From Perna viridis (lineage: Eukaryota), in NCBI GenBank assembly GCA_037379345.1, contig CM074518.1:8432001-8496000 (forward strand): a stretch of 64,000 nt of DNA, in the 5' to 3' direction. The notes under the pieces were generated by a model that saw only the letters and a program-made list of their open reading frames with translations, was not told where the DNA came from and did no database searches. Positions 1 through 12,820 of this stretch are shown here, piece by piece. The translations under genes and the position numbers were made by a program. Numbering within the stretch: position 1 is the first letter of the stretch; every line of letters starts with the position of its first letter.

Positions 1-28
1 TCATGTTCAAGTCCTAAATATAGAATGC

Positions 29-517
29 AAGAGTAATCAAGGGAACCACGGTTATAGCGGTAATCAAAATAATGTAATCCAGGGACAAAGACCAGACATG
101 GAAAACAGACATACACAACAAAGAACATAAAGTAACTAAAATCATATATACAAAGTAACAAAAGTAAATGAGCAACTCAGACTCCACTAAAAACTGGGAG
201 CATGGACCAAGTGCACCGGTAGGGTAAGCGTCCTCTGCTTTTCTAGAAACACCCGCCGAGTTGCTCATAAAAAGTCAAGTCCGGGGTAGACAAACGAGGA
301 AAGGAAAACTATGACCCGTTGAATAAATCAGTTTTCATGGTGCTGATGGATACATCATAACGATCCACGAGTTCATGATGACGACCATAAAACTTCTATA
401 GTGATGACTTCAATCATGTAGCAACAAAAGTCTATGTAGTTTCGGCAAGCTCTGGCATAACGTATGAGTTGTGATATGAACACTCCATACGCAGGAGCCG
501 AAGGGATGTTGCCACAG
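29..517 (-). mobile_element. Penelope-like element (Naiad-type) 3' fragment: RT thumb plus 3' UTR
   Basis: Minus strand reads CGNIPSAPAYGVFISQLIRYARAC...KFYGRHHELVDRY then a conserved 3' UTR; the same sequence occurs at 7002, 21294, 31165 and 46049. Confidence 0.8.
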
Positions 518-767
518 TCGTTGTGTATTCGCCACACAAGGATGTATGTCTAACGAAAATGAAATGCTGACAGAAAACGAATAGAACTTTAGTCTTCTTA
601 CTTTCTAAACACGATTATCGCACTCATACATAGATCAGTGGACTACTCTGCGTCACATATACAAGCTATTGTCGAAGATATATAGTATTTAAATATATAA
701 ATATATAAATATATAAATATAAACGTTTAAATAATAACATGATATTTTTAGTGTCATGTCTCCTTTA

Positions 768-2330
768 AGAACAATATTCAAAATTTGTACATAAATATCA
801 ATCATTAAGTCAGCAGTCGATGCAATATATTCATTTATGATTTTGTCTTCACCTGGTGATTTGTTACTATTACAGTATGGACTTCACCAGGAGATATAAT
901 ACCATTTAAAATGATATCATGCTCAGAATCAGCATCATATATGATATTTATATCAAAATCATCATTATGTTTATTCTGATTCAATTCACTAAAAAAATCA
1001 AACAAAGAATCTATTGAAATATTGCGTTTCGGCTTTGACCTATGACCATGAAATAATTTCCAAAATTCTTTTGGATTTTTTGTCCTTTAAGATTTTATCT
1101 TCTTTTGTGCCTCAATATTGTAATTCCTAATGCTTTCGTCCATGACCTTTTTATAATGCTTTTCAATTAGTCGTAATCTCTGTTTGAAAATGTTTGAGTC
1201 GTAATGGCGATGCAATCTACGACTTTTTCTATTCTATATCCTTTTTGCTTTTCTACGATCATTTTTTGTACAACTCTTTCGTTTGTTTGTTTTCTGCATC
1301 ATATGTTTTTTTGGGTCATATGAATAAGTCCCAAAAGTAGATTTAAAGACTTTTGAGGGTTTTAACACATTCATTTATATCGTTTTTGCAGACAGTGTCA
1401 ATGTTTTGTTCAAGGACAGAAATTATATTCTTTATTCATTTAGTTTTTCTACATCAATATATTCAGCTTATTTTTTTAGTTATTCCATTTCTTAGTTTTT
1501 TTGTTCACAAGTCTCATTTACACTGTGTGTGACGTTTATTGTGTTACATTTGTATCACTTATACATAAACACAAAAGTGAATGCACATCAAGAAAAGTTT
1601 GGTAAGTTTGTCAACATAAAAACCATTTATATAATTCAAGAAAAAAAAAACAACTACAAATTGCATAATTAATTACACTTCTATTTCTACTGGTAGGCTT
1701 ACCTATTTTATCATTTCCCATTTTTTTCATTTAAAATAACCATTTTATTCAGTTTACAAGAAATGATTAATTTTATGCCGTAACCATTTACGACAGTATC
1801 ATTAATATTACTAACCTTCAATACTCCAACAGTATCTAAAATATTTGAAACATTTGGTTCAGAAAGTTCATTTTCTGAGAAAGAAAAAATTCTTAAAAGA
1901 AAGAATTTTCTTCTTCAATCTCAAATTCAAATAAGTTTCCTGTTCGACTGTTAAAGTCACCAACCAGGACAATATAATTTGTGTTTTGACTGAATGTTTT
2001 TAACTCTAATTCAATTTCAGTAAAAGCATCATCCGATGCATAGGTAGTATTAACTGGTGGTATATAAATTATTCCAAAAATCCCATTTTTTGTCAGATTG
2101 AAAACTTTTCCATCGACACTGAATCAAATTTAGAATAAGTCTGTAAAGGCTTAATGTAATTACTTAAATAATGTTTATGTCCCAAGGCTCCATCATGTTC
2201 TATTTTTGAAATGAAAAATAAAATCTTCATTTTCAATAATACCAGCGTCATCTAATTTTGTTTTAATTTTGTTTCCTTTTCAAACCACAAACATTTAACG
2301 ACAGTAAAAAAATATTGTTTTATTTACAAA
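768..2330 (-). pseudogene. Degraded LINE ORF2 (APE endonuclease to start of RT), RTEX/L2-group-like
   Basis: Manual minus-strand translation gives IYIPPVNTTYASDDAF..IVLVGDFNSRTG (~1945-2080), VNGYGIKLI..SVINYAICS, PKEFWKLF and SPGEDKIINEYI (~770-855); many stops and frameshifts. Confidence 0.7.
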
Positions 2331-3340
2331 ATCATTGTTGCTTTGAAACGAACGAGTCGCGTATTCACTGGTGTGAAAGTCATCACAGTCATTTCACTGG
2401 TAATTTCTAACGGTAGTATTTCATCCAAGGTCTACCTATCTTCGCGGGAAATGTTAACGTCTGCCGCCTGAGGTTTTGGGACGCACACCTTGCTGTTGGT
2501 ATAGTGGCGGGAGTGGTGGACACACAAGGATATTAATACTAATCCTAGGTAAAGTCTTACCAAATACCTAACGCGTTGTTGTAGCTTTGGAATCAGGAAT
2601 AATCGTGTCCAATTAATTCAACAGGTATCTTCCGTATCCGTCGTTGGTAGTGAAAGTAGTAATATTATCGGATAAGCGAGCGTCGTAAGAACAGCTGATC
2701 AACTTCGTGTGCTTTCGTAAACAAAAGGCACTTTAAGGTGAATTATCATACAAAGAGATCTAATGACTACGACACTCCTCCCTTTCTTATAGAACTGTTG
2801 ATAATCCTAATTCTGGTTAAATGACAATCCAATTATGGTATTTTTAAGCAGGTCTGAATTGAAAAGTTGAGTTTAGAGTAACGTTTAATTACATATAAAA
2901 TTAATATTACTCAATTTTCCCACACAATATCAATGTTCTCTTGATGTCCAGCACTCCGTTCTATCCAATTTAGTGGAACATGACATTCCAATCATATCCA
3001 ATAGTATTAAGTCAATATTCAAGTCCCACAACTAGAAGCTTGACTAGCAACTAGTTCTAATCCATTAATAAATCTAATACATGTATATCCATAGGTCATT
3101 CCTATAGATCACAGTGAGTCCAATAAATCATTGGGCTCTAAAAATTCTGTGATAAAATCAACTTTTTCTAGAAGCAGTAAAAAATAATAAATTGAAAAAA
3201 TTTCCTCCAAAAATAATTGCAGGACAAAAATACTACTTTCAAAAAGATTTTAATAAAATATGTGAAGTCATTTATCTAATGTGATAGTGAAATGTAAGAA
3301 TGTGAAAAACTGGAAACAATTATCCAATTTTAAAAATGAA

Positions 3341-3855
3341 TGTTTGTTTGTTGGGGTTTAACGTCCGAGCAGCAATTTTTCAGCTATATTCAGACGATGA
3401 ACATGAAATTGATGATAAAATGAACATGAAATGATGATGAAATGAAAAAGGCATGGGACACAAGGACAATAGGGGTCGACAAATTTTGATTGCCACTGGA
3501 AATGGGGAGAGTTGGGTAGGGTCGGGCAATTTAGCCTCCTGTGGCGGAGCCCTATGGTTCCTACTCCGGGAGAATACCACAGTAGGGTTCTTTAACGTGC
3601 GAAGAACGTGGCATTTTTCCCAACACGGTTCACCACTATGGTTGGCGGTCAGGTTTCCGTATTATAGCCTGACAACCCCAGCATGTAACACGCCAGGGGT
3701 ACCCCATTCCACCACCTGGGGCACACATCCCAGTTGCTCTGTGGGCAGAGCGCCCTAGCCCCCGGCTAGGGTTCTGAGCACTATTTAGTCGCCTTTTACG
3801 ACGAGCTTAGCGCTGCTGCAGGCCTATTCTTTTGACACCCGGACCTGCACGGGGT
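3341..3855 (-). mobile_element. ~510-bp structured non-autonomous retroposon, full length (subtype A)
   Basis: Near-identical to 10 other copies; CCCCGTGCAGGTCCGGG head, (AAAC)n tail. Confidence 0.9.
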
Positions 3856-4080
3856 GTAAAGGGAAAAAAATGAAATATATAAAATGAGAAATGAAAAATG
3901 GAGCACAAAAATTATAAAGACACTTAAAATGAAGAAAAAAAAACAGAGAACTAAAAATAGTTCTTGAAACAGATTAATGTCAAAATAATCTAACAGCTTA
4001 TTATTTTCAAAACTTTATGGAAGGCGTGAAGCTTTTTAATTTGTAACTAAATAGTTCAGGTTAGGGCATTCAGATATTAT

Positions 4081-4870
4081 TCACAGCTTCATAAAAATTA
4101 TAAAAACGGCGGATGTTGCAGTTGGATTTGTCCAAGATGATGCAACTTGTACATTTCTGATCTTTGGAACGTGTTCAGCAGTGTAATAAAGATTCCAGGG
4201 ATGATTTATCTTATATTCTTTGTGGATTGGAAGATATGGAGCATCAGTTTCTATTATCCGGGATTTTGGCGATGATCTGTTGCAAGTCATTTCTGTTTGG
4301 GTTCTGAATAGCTGCAGCTCTGAAACAAACAATAATATTCCTGGAAGCTTTGTTCCCTTCTTCATATTCTTTAAATGATCATGAGAAATTATGTATGTGT
4401 ATGGAAAGGTTGGTGAATCAATTGTAATGCTCTAACAGCAGCAGATCCATCTCCTGGTCTCGACAATGAATTATGATGGGTTTACCATATTGTGCAGCTA
4501 TTTGCATGTGTATAACAAAAGCCTCTTCCTGGTTTGCCCTAACATGTTCCCTGCCAGCTTCTTGGGTGTCAAATTTGGACCATGATGAAAAGCCTTGACA
4601 CTTGGAGGTCATATCAATGCCTGTTTCTCCAAAGGCAACAGATTTTGGTGTCGTAATGAGTTTATTTAACTCTCTCCACATCCGGTTGCTCACTCCATTT
4701 ACTAACATGTGAGGATGGATGCCAAAAGTTGTAAAAATATTTGAACTGCCTTCAAGATGTTGCTCCCAATAACTCCAATAATGTGGATAAACATAATTGG
4801 CTACTGCAAAAAGTAGAGTGTGTTCACTTGTCATCATTTTTACAACATTCTCAAAATTCTGACGGGAATA
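4081..4870 (-). pseudogene. TatD-like DNase, intronless and frameshifted
   Basis: ORFs 4418-4837 and 4081-4365 carry TFGIHPH, AFGETGID, PIIIHCRD and IIETDAPYL..NHP, the TatD motifs in the correct order. Confidence 0.8.
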
Positions 4871-4908
4871 TGTTGATGAAGAAGTCTCTTAACGAACACA
4901 TCTAAGTG

Positions 4909-5026
4909 AAAGAGTAATCAAGGGAACCAAGGTTATAGCGGTAACCAAAAGAATGTAATCTAGGGACAAAGACCAGTCATGGAAAACAGACACAACAACA
5001 AAGAACATAAAGTAACTAAAATCATA
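4909..5026 (-). mobile_element. Penelope-like element 3' tail fragment
   Basis: Matches 29-150; interrupts the degraded reading frame upstream of the TatD-like domain. Confidence 0.8.
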
Positions 5027-6313
5027 GTCTATTAGTTGATGTCTTTCTGTGACTTTTATTTCGTCTGAAATGATTTCATGGCCGTCTGTTGTAAGTCTCT
5101 GGTATATGGAAATAAATTCTTGATGTCTTTCATCAGTATGGCAACATTTCAGTAAACGATATATTATTTCAAAATGGTACAGACAGATAACATGATTTGG
5201 TAGATTTAGTTGAAATTCTGTTTGCGGGTTGTTACTGTAATGTTGAGAACAGAAGCTTAAACATTTTTTCTCATCTGACGTAAATACACCTTTGGCATAC
5301 ATTTGGTGGTTTAGACATATGGTCAAAGATCATCCATAGAATTCAAGTTGAGCCATTTAACTAAAAGATGGAATGCTTCACTGATTAACTGACACCATTG
5401 GTGTAGGTTTTCCCCAGTAAATCTTTGGTGTTCCTGCTCAACTAAATGTGACATAGTATGTTGATAATGCAAAGACCCGTTCTGGCAAGCTTCCTCTCTT
5501 CATGACCAGCAAGAAGTAGTCCCCGACCAAAATCACGGAAGATGAGTCCTTAAAATGTGTCTTTTGATAAGTGATTTCTTTGGCCTTCAACAAAGTAGAC
5601 AGAACTTTATTTTTGACGGTAGCATCTCCCTTGGCAAATTCTGATAGCGTGATATTCTTCTTGGAAGATTTCCCTTCGTTGGAATCAGAATTTTAAAATG
5701 GATATTAGTACTCTCTGTGCTACGAAACTCCTCGCCGCCACCTCCAATTTTCTTTGGTTTCGTCTTAGATTACAACCTAAGATCTTCCGTAAGGCGTGTA
5801 GCCTTAACTGTTCTACACCACTGACTTTCTTCTACAATAATCTCAATGAAGCGTGAAGCATCATCACCTTCATTCCAATCATCTATAACCTCCCAGTCAT
5901 CAATATCTTCTAATGCGTCAATGGTATCAAATCCACCGTCTGATCTATGAGCATCTGTAAAGGAACATTACGACACATACAACGAAAGCTCATCCTCTTC
6001 TATATTAGACATAATTCCTGCAATAAAATATTTTGTGTCAATGATTTATGCAATGAAATATGAATAACGTCTATGTTTTTAATCATTTCTCAGTGATATT
6101 ATATACAATCATATACAAATTTTAATGGTAAATGCTTATCATTACCCATACTCAGTTAAAATATCGACTTAAAAACATTTTACATCGTTGTTTTTTCCAA
6201 AAAAGATGGTACACCTAGATACAAATATATAGTTCATGGTAGATAGTCCTACTACTTTGTAAAATAATTCCAAATCATCTTCCAAATATATAGAAGATGT
6301 TTACAAAATGCTG

Positions 6314-6809
6314 GTTGATTGATTGTTGATGTTTAACGCCCGAGCAGCAATATTTCAGCTATATTCAGGCGATGAACATGAAGTGGATGATAAAATGAAC
6401 ATGAAATGATGATGAAATGAAAAATGGGATGGGACACAAGGATAATTGGGTCGACAAATTTTGATTGCCACTAGAAAAAGGGGAGGGATGGGTTAGGTCG
6501 GGCAATTTAGCCTCCTGTAGAGGAGTGCAAAGGTTCCTACTCCTATCGAATACCACAGCAGGGTTCTTTAACGTGCGAGGAACGTGGCATCTTTACCAAC
6601 ACGATGCACCACTATGGTTTGCGGTCAGAATTTCCGTATTATAGCCTGACAACCCCAGCATGTAACACGCCAGGGGCACACATCCCAGTTGCTCTGTGGG
6701 CAGAGTGCCTAGTCCCCGGCTAGGTTTCTGAGTACTATTTAGTCGCCTTTTACGGCAAGCTGAGCGCTGCTGCAGGCCTATTCTTTTGACACCCAGACCT
6801 GCACGGGGC
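6314..6809 (-). mobile_element. ~510-bp retroposon, subtype B, small internal deletion (further fragments at 6810-6922)
   Basis: Homology to other copies; (AATC)n tail. Confidence 0.9.
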
Positions 6810-7001
6810 GTAACATGCTAGGGGTACCCCATTCCGAGCAGCAATATTTCAGCTATATTCAGGCGATGAACATAAAATGGATGATAAAATGAACATGAAA
6901 TGATAATGAAATGAATATGGCATGTAAATTGATTATACAATATATAGAAGAGATTGTTTTTCCTTATTCCTCTGTAATTTAGCCAATTTTCTATCTCAAA
7001 A

Positions 7002-7509
7002 CATCTGTGGCAACATCCCTTCAGCAACTGCGTATGGAGTGTTCATATCACAACTCATACGTTATGCCAGAGCTTGCCGAAACTACGCAGACTTTGTATC
7101 GCGCTAGAATTCTATCAAATAGGCTTCTGGAACAAGGTTATGTTGCTTCAAGTTTTATGGTCGTCATCATGAACTCATGGATCGTTACGGTGTATCCATC
7201 TGCGCTATGAAAACTGATTCGTTCAATGTGTCAGTTTACCTTTCCTCTTTCGACTACCCTGGACTTGACTTTTTATAAGCAACTCGGCGGCTCTTCTAGA
7301 AAAGCAAAGAACGCTTACCCTACCGGTGCACCTGGTCCATGCTCCCAGTTTTTGGTCCGAGCTGCTTATTTGCTTTTGTTACTTTGTATGTATGATTGTA
7401 GTTACTTTATGTTCTTTGTTGTGTACGTCTGTTTTCCATGTCTAGTCTTTGTCCCTGGATTACATTCTTTCGATTAACACTATAACATTGGTTCCTTTGA
7501 TTACTCTTT
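7002..7509 (+). mobile_element. Penelope-like element (Naiad-type) 3' fragment
   Basis: ICGNIPSATAYGVFISQLIRYARAC..LLEQGY followed by the family 3' UTR. Confidence 0.8.
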
Positions 7510-8102
7510 ATTAAAGAAAAAAACAGTAATTAAAAATATAATTTATATATTTATTTACAAGTTCGACCGTTTATATAAATATACGAAATATTTCTTAATT
7601 CAATAGTGAATTTGTTTCGAACCATCTTTCGCTATTTATGATATTTGCTTACCAACTTCGAAGCGACATAGCAGCGGTAAGATGAACATTTACTGGGAGG
7701 TGTATTCCTAAATACTCTACACCAGCTCAGGTTTCAAATTAGTTGTCGAACAAGTGGTTGTTGTGTTGTCATTTTTTGATTTTCTATTTTATGAGTTTTG
7801 ACACGTTTTCATTTATCTCCATTTATAGTTACTGTCAGAGTTATTCTCTAAAGACGATTATCGTATTGGGTTTTTATACAGGTTTCCATTCCTTTTAATT
7901 TGGTGTTTTTGGACCGGCAATATCTTTGTTAAGGTTCTGCAGAAGTCGAACTCTAAGACATTAATTGTCAAGATTATTTTAGTCAAAATGTAAAAAATGC
8001 AATTATTATGTTCCTGAAAAGTTAATCCTTCTTCATACAATATTCTACATATATGTGCGTTTCCATCCTTCACAAAACATTTTGCTACTAAGTCTTTGTT
8101 TG

Positions 8103-8909
8103 CAGAATAGGCCCGCTGCAGCGCTAAGCCTGTCGTAAAAGGCGAATAGTGCTCAGAATTCTGGCCGGGAGCTAGGGCGCTCTGCCCACAGAGGAACTGG
8201 GTTGTGTGCCTTAGGTGGTAGATTGATTGATTGTTGGGGTTTAACGCTCGAGCAGCAGTATTTCAGCTATATTCAGGCGATCAACATGAAATGGATAATA
8301 AAATGAACATGAAATGATGATAAGATGAAAAAAAGGGATGAGACACAAGGACAACAGGGTCGACAAATTTTGATTGCTACTAGAAAAAGGGAGGGATGGG
8401 TAAGGTCGGGTAATTCAGCGGTGCAACACTGTCGTTTGCGGTCAGGTTTTCTGTATTATAGCCTGACAACCCCAGGCGTGTTACATGCTGGGGTTTTCAG
8501 GCTATAATACGGAAAACCTGACCGCAAACCATAGTGGTGCACCGTGTTGGGAAAGATGCCACGTTCCTCGCACGTTAAAGAACCCTACTGTGGTATTCTC
8601 CCGGAGTAGGAACCATATGGCTCCGCCACAGGAGGCTAAATTGCCCGACCCTACCCACCTCTCCCTATTTCCAGTGGCAATCAAAATTTGTCGACCCCTT
8701 TGTCCTTGTGTTTTCCGTATTATAGCCTGACAACCCCAGTATGTAACACACCAGGGGTACCCCATTCCACCACCTGGGGCACACAACCCAGTTGCTCTGT
8801 GGGCAGTGCGCCCTAGCCCCCGGCTAAGGTTCTGAACGCTATTTAGTCGCCTTTTATGACAAGCTTAGGGTTGCTGCAGGCCTATTTTTTGACACCTGGA
8901 CCTGCATGG
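8103..8909. mobile_element. Rearranged cluster of four ~510-bp retroposon pieces in alternating orientation
   Basis: Approximately 8103-8220 (+), 8221-8472 (-), 8470-8710 (+) and 8711-8909 (-). Confidence 0.85.
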
Positions 8910-9635
8910 ATTACCAGTTTGGTCAGTATTTTAAGTTAGTACATTACTGAATACTTTAGTATTATTGGCTCTTCATTTTTTGGTTTTTTTTTTATTTCAT
9001 ACCTTTAATTCAGATGTTGTGAACTTTTACTACTTTTTGGTAGATTTTCCGTTTATTACATTTGCTTATTGTTGTTTGAAATTTGGAATTCTAGTTGTTT
9101 AAATTCATGTTTGATATATTATTATTAAAGTTTATTCATTTTTTTACAATTGTCAGTAAAGGAGTTGTAAACTGTTGTGTTACCATTTTGTGAGCTTTTC
9201 ATTTTTATTATTTTCACACAAAAACACTATTTATTCATTTAAAAAGCAATAATATTTTTGTTGCGTTTTTCTATGTGCACATACACTTCATGCAATTGAA
9301 AAAGAACATATATGGTATAATGCAACAAATGCAAACCATCATTATAACCAATGGTAAATTTAATGCCTTCAGCGGTCACATCAAGACCTAGTAGTGAGCT
9401 CTGAAAGGCCACAAGTAAAAATTTAAGCAATGTCATTTTCTATGCATTGATAAAAAATGAACCAGACAATTAGTGACAATTTATTACACAGGACATTATG
9501 TATAAAATTCTAGATATTGCACTAGTACATGCGTAAATGATTTTTCTTTAAAAAAAAACATGACCCCCTCTAATCAATTTGTCAAAAAATACAAACCCCC
9601 CTCTCTTCATTTTCTTTATGTTAAAGGACTACTTT

Positions 9636-9741
9636 CATATATACACCCAGATCAAAAACGTCGCGCAACTACGAAGACTTATGTTAAAGGACTACTTTCC
9701 CATAGTAGTTGCGCGACGTTTTTGATCTGGATGTATATATG
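9636..9741. repeat. 37-bp inverted repeat (foldback) with an associated 21-bp direct repeat
   Basis: Arms 9636-9672 and 9705-9741 with 1 mismatch; TTATGTTAAAGGACTACTTTC at 9616-9636 and 9679-9699. Confidence 0.9.
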
Positions 9742-9797
9742 CGCAACACGAACTCTTATGACGGATTTAATGATTGTCGGGGTTTAACCCCATGATA

Positions 9798-10430
9798 TGG
9801 TGGAATGGGGTAACATGCCAGGGTTACCCCATTCCACCACCTGGGGCACATATCCAAGTTGCTCTGTGGGTAGAGCGCCCTAGCCCCCGGCCAGGGTTCT
9901 GAGCACTATTTAGTCGCCTTTTACGACGAGCTTAGTGCTGCTGCAGGCCTATTCTTTTGACACCAGGACCCGCACGGGGCCATATAGAGTAAAAACATGT
10001 GAAATTTAGAGTTATCTGTTGTACCTTTAACTACAAATTAATACCTGTCTTTGACTTGACTTCAAATTAAATTCCGTGTTTTCTGTATGGGTCGCCCCGT
10101 GCAGGTCCGGGTGTTAAACGTATAGGCCTGCAGCAGCGCTAAGCTTGATTCAGCAGGTTTGACAACCGTTTCTGAGCAAAGACGGACTTGATCGTCCAAA
10201 CACAAACACATACTTTAAAATTTTAACACTCCAGTATTGTTACTTTTTTTTGTACAGCCCCGTGCGGGTTCTGGTGTCAAAAGAATAGGCCTGCAGCAGT
10301 GCTAAGCTTGTCGAAAAAGGCGATTAAATAGTGTTCAGAACCGACCGGGGGCTAGGGCGCTCTGCTCACAGAGCAACTGGGTTGTGTGTCCCAGGTGGTG
10401 AAATGGAGTACCCCTGGCGTGTTACATGCT
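9798..10430. mobile_element. Three 5'-part fragments of the ~510-bp retroposon
   Basis: ~9811-9980 (-), 10094-10146 (+) and 10257-10430 (+); all include the GCCCCG head. Confidence 0.85.
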
Positions 10431-10820
10431 ACTTCTGGAGATTTGAATCATTGTCGTAATATGATGGCCATGCCTGTCTTCTGGGGATTTGAATCATTGT
10501 CGTATTTTGATGGCGACGCCTGTCATATTTAGATTCTATCTATCGTCAATAAACTTAACAATGTTTATGGTTTTGAAAAAGAATTGTCTACTTTTTTGAC
10601 AATCTCCTCTGCAGACTGTATAATCGCTTACTGATTTACTATGTTTCACTTCGGTAGCTTACAGGCTCTGCTATACACGATGTGAAAAAAATGCATATGG
10701 TATGAGTACTGCTCATTACAGAGGGATTATGTTTAACATTTAGTGTGGCAGTGGTGTAAATTTTGAACTCGGCAGGAGATTGCTTATTCTAATGACACAA
10801 TTATATACGTTTAATACAAA

Positions 10821-11909
10821 TTATTCTACTGGGAAACAACGGTTACCAATTTTTCTTGGTAGAATTTGTATATAGTTAGCCGTGTGATTTAAAGCTGTGT
10901 AAAAAGACGCACAGGGTGCAATACCAGCGCGCCAGTTCATTTGTTTTATACTACTATACTTTTTCAACAAATCCTTGTTAAAATTGGCATGCGGATGCTC
11001 ACTTCCTTCGTAGTTCCCCGCTCTTGTTGTCTGGTGTACAGCTAGAAGAGTTCGTGTAACATCAATAGTCGTATGGTTTTCTTTTCTTGCATTAAGCACG
11101 ATAAAGTTATCGTAAGCAACTCTGCCTATGACCACCTCGGGGTAATCTTTCCAAGGATATTTTGAATCAGTAATGAAAAAATCTATCCCCAAAGGAGTAA
11201 AAAGCTGTCCTTTCTTCGCAAGGTGAATAATATTTTCGTATGTGGAGGCTTGCTTCTCTGTAACATCACGTACATTTGTCCTTTGTCCAATAATTAACAT
11301 CGGACGTTCACTATAAAGTTTTGTTTTCATTATAGTTTGTAAAGTTTTTACTAAACTATTAGTGAATAACAAGTCTCCATTACTGTATCCATAAGAGTGT
11401 ACATTATACGCTTTCATTGTATTTAAATACACGAATTTGAGTATTGGGACTCCGATGTGGGATGTTTTTGGGCGCATTACATCCCACCCAGACTTTCTCA
11501 CTTTGTTTGAAAGAGCTTCGTCGTTTGAGAAAAACACAGGTTGAACAAATGGCGCCAGAGATGCCCAGTTTTTAACTGTGTTGTTTCTGCATACAAATTT
11601 TTCTTGATTGGTCATAAAAGTTGTGAACAGAACTAATAAAGTTTTTTCACCAGATGCATTTCTTTTAAGGTCTCCATCATCATATATTGAATCATTGCTT
11701 ATGTTTAGTGGTATTTTGTCTGTTAAAGACTCTATAATAAAGAAATGACCAATGTTGTTTTTGGCTCCATTCATGTAATCCAATGAATCCATTTAGGATT
11801 TGATAGTTGTTGTTAAGCTGATATTTTTACATAGATACACGTAGATCGCCGTAACAAACAGACATAAGAGGACAAATGTTTTATGTTGGTAAAATATTTT
11901 TCTTCTCAT
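10821..11909 (-). pseudogene. Glycosyltransferase-like paralogue 1; in-frame TAA after the signal anchor (323-aa downstream ORF intact)
   Basis: ATG at 11909 gives MRRKIFYQHKTFVLLCLFVTAIYVYLCKNISLTTTIKS, TAA at 11793-11795, then ORF 10821-11792, which is strongly similar to 29404-30468. Plausible 5' UTR intron 11956-12060 (GTAAGT...pyrimidine tract-AG). Confidence 0.7.
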
Positions 11910-12693
11910 CGCTTAGAATTGTCATTAATTAATACATTATGCCAGCAAAGGATCTCTTTATAAAAGAAAAGAAAAAGTGTAATATTGAAACATTTAACCT
12001 ATGTATTTACATGGGCCTTGTGTTGGTAGACCAATCTTTATCAACGAAACTAATACTTACTTAAAGACTGAGATTATTGCTCCACGATTACGATCGGTGA
12101 GCAGTATTAGATTTTCTATAAAAATCATGCACTGTTTCCCTTTCACATATCTATATAGTTGTTTATACCACATTTCACTACACAAGTACCAATTTATACA
12201 ACAGACATTTCTGATTGGTAATTTCGCGCGTTTATGCCGAACCACTGAACTAGAATTGTACACAATAATCCCGATATTTGTTGATTACATTAGTTTGACC
12301 AGTTCATTCATGCATATAGTAGGGTAATGAGCAATTTCAAGTCTGTACCATGTCATCCTACATGTGTATGAATCCGCATGCATATTGCTCATCCATACAA
12401 AGCATAAATGTATCGAACAAAATACAAGAGCAGTATGATATCATGTACCAGGAGAACCCTGTATCAAACACTTTAGTATCTGATTTTTATCAACATTGAC
12501 ATAGATATACAATGTACATGATATCATTTATCAATGAAATAATTTATATATTTCAAATTCTAAATAATCTGCCCTGGATATGTATATGTATGTGTTTATT
12601 AGATATACCGACGAACCGTACTATGATGCAGAAGCAGGTGTCATATTCGATTAAATTTTATCATCTCATTCAACTTTTCAAGACTTAGTTTCA

Positions 12694-12820
12694 TTTTAGC
12701 TCATCTGGCCTAAAAGGCTATGTGAGCTTTTCTCATTAATCGTTGTCAGTCGTTAACTTTTCTTTGAATATCTTCCCCTCTGAAACCACTGTACAGAATT
12801 TAATAAAACTTGGTAAGAGT
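12694..12820 (+). mobile_element. Helentron/HINE-type non-autonomous element, 5' fragment
   Basis: TTTTAGCTCATCTGGCC..GTGAGCTTTTCTCAT start resembles the element at 32577. Confidence 0.6.
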
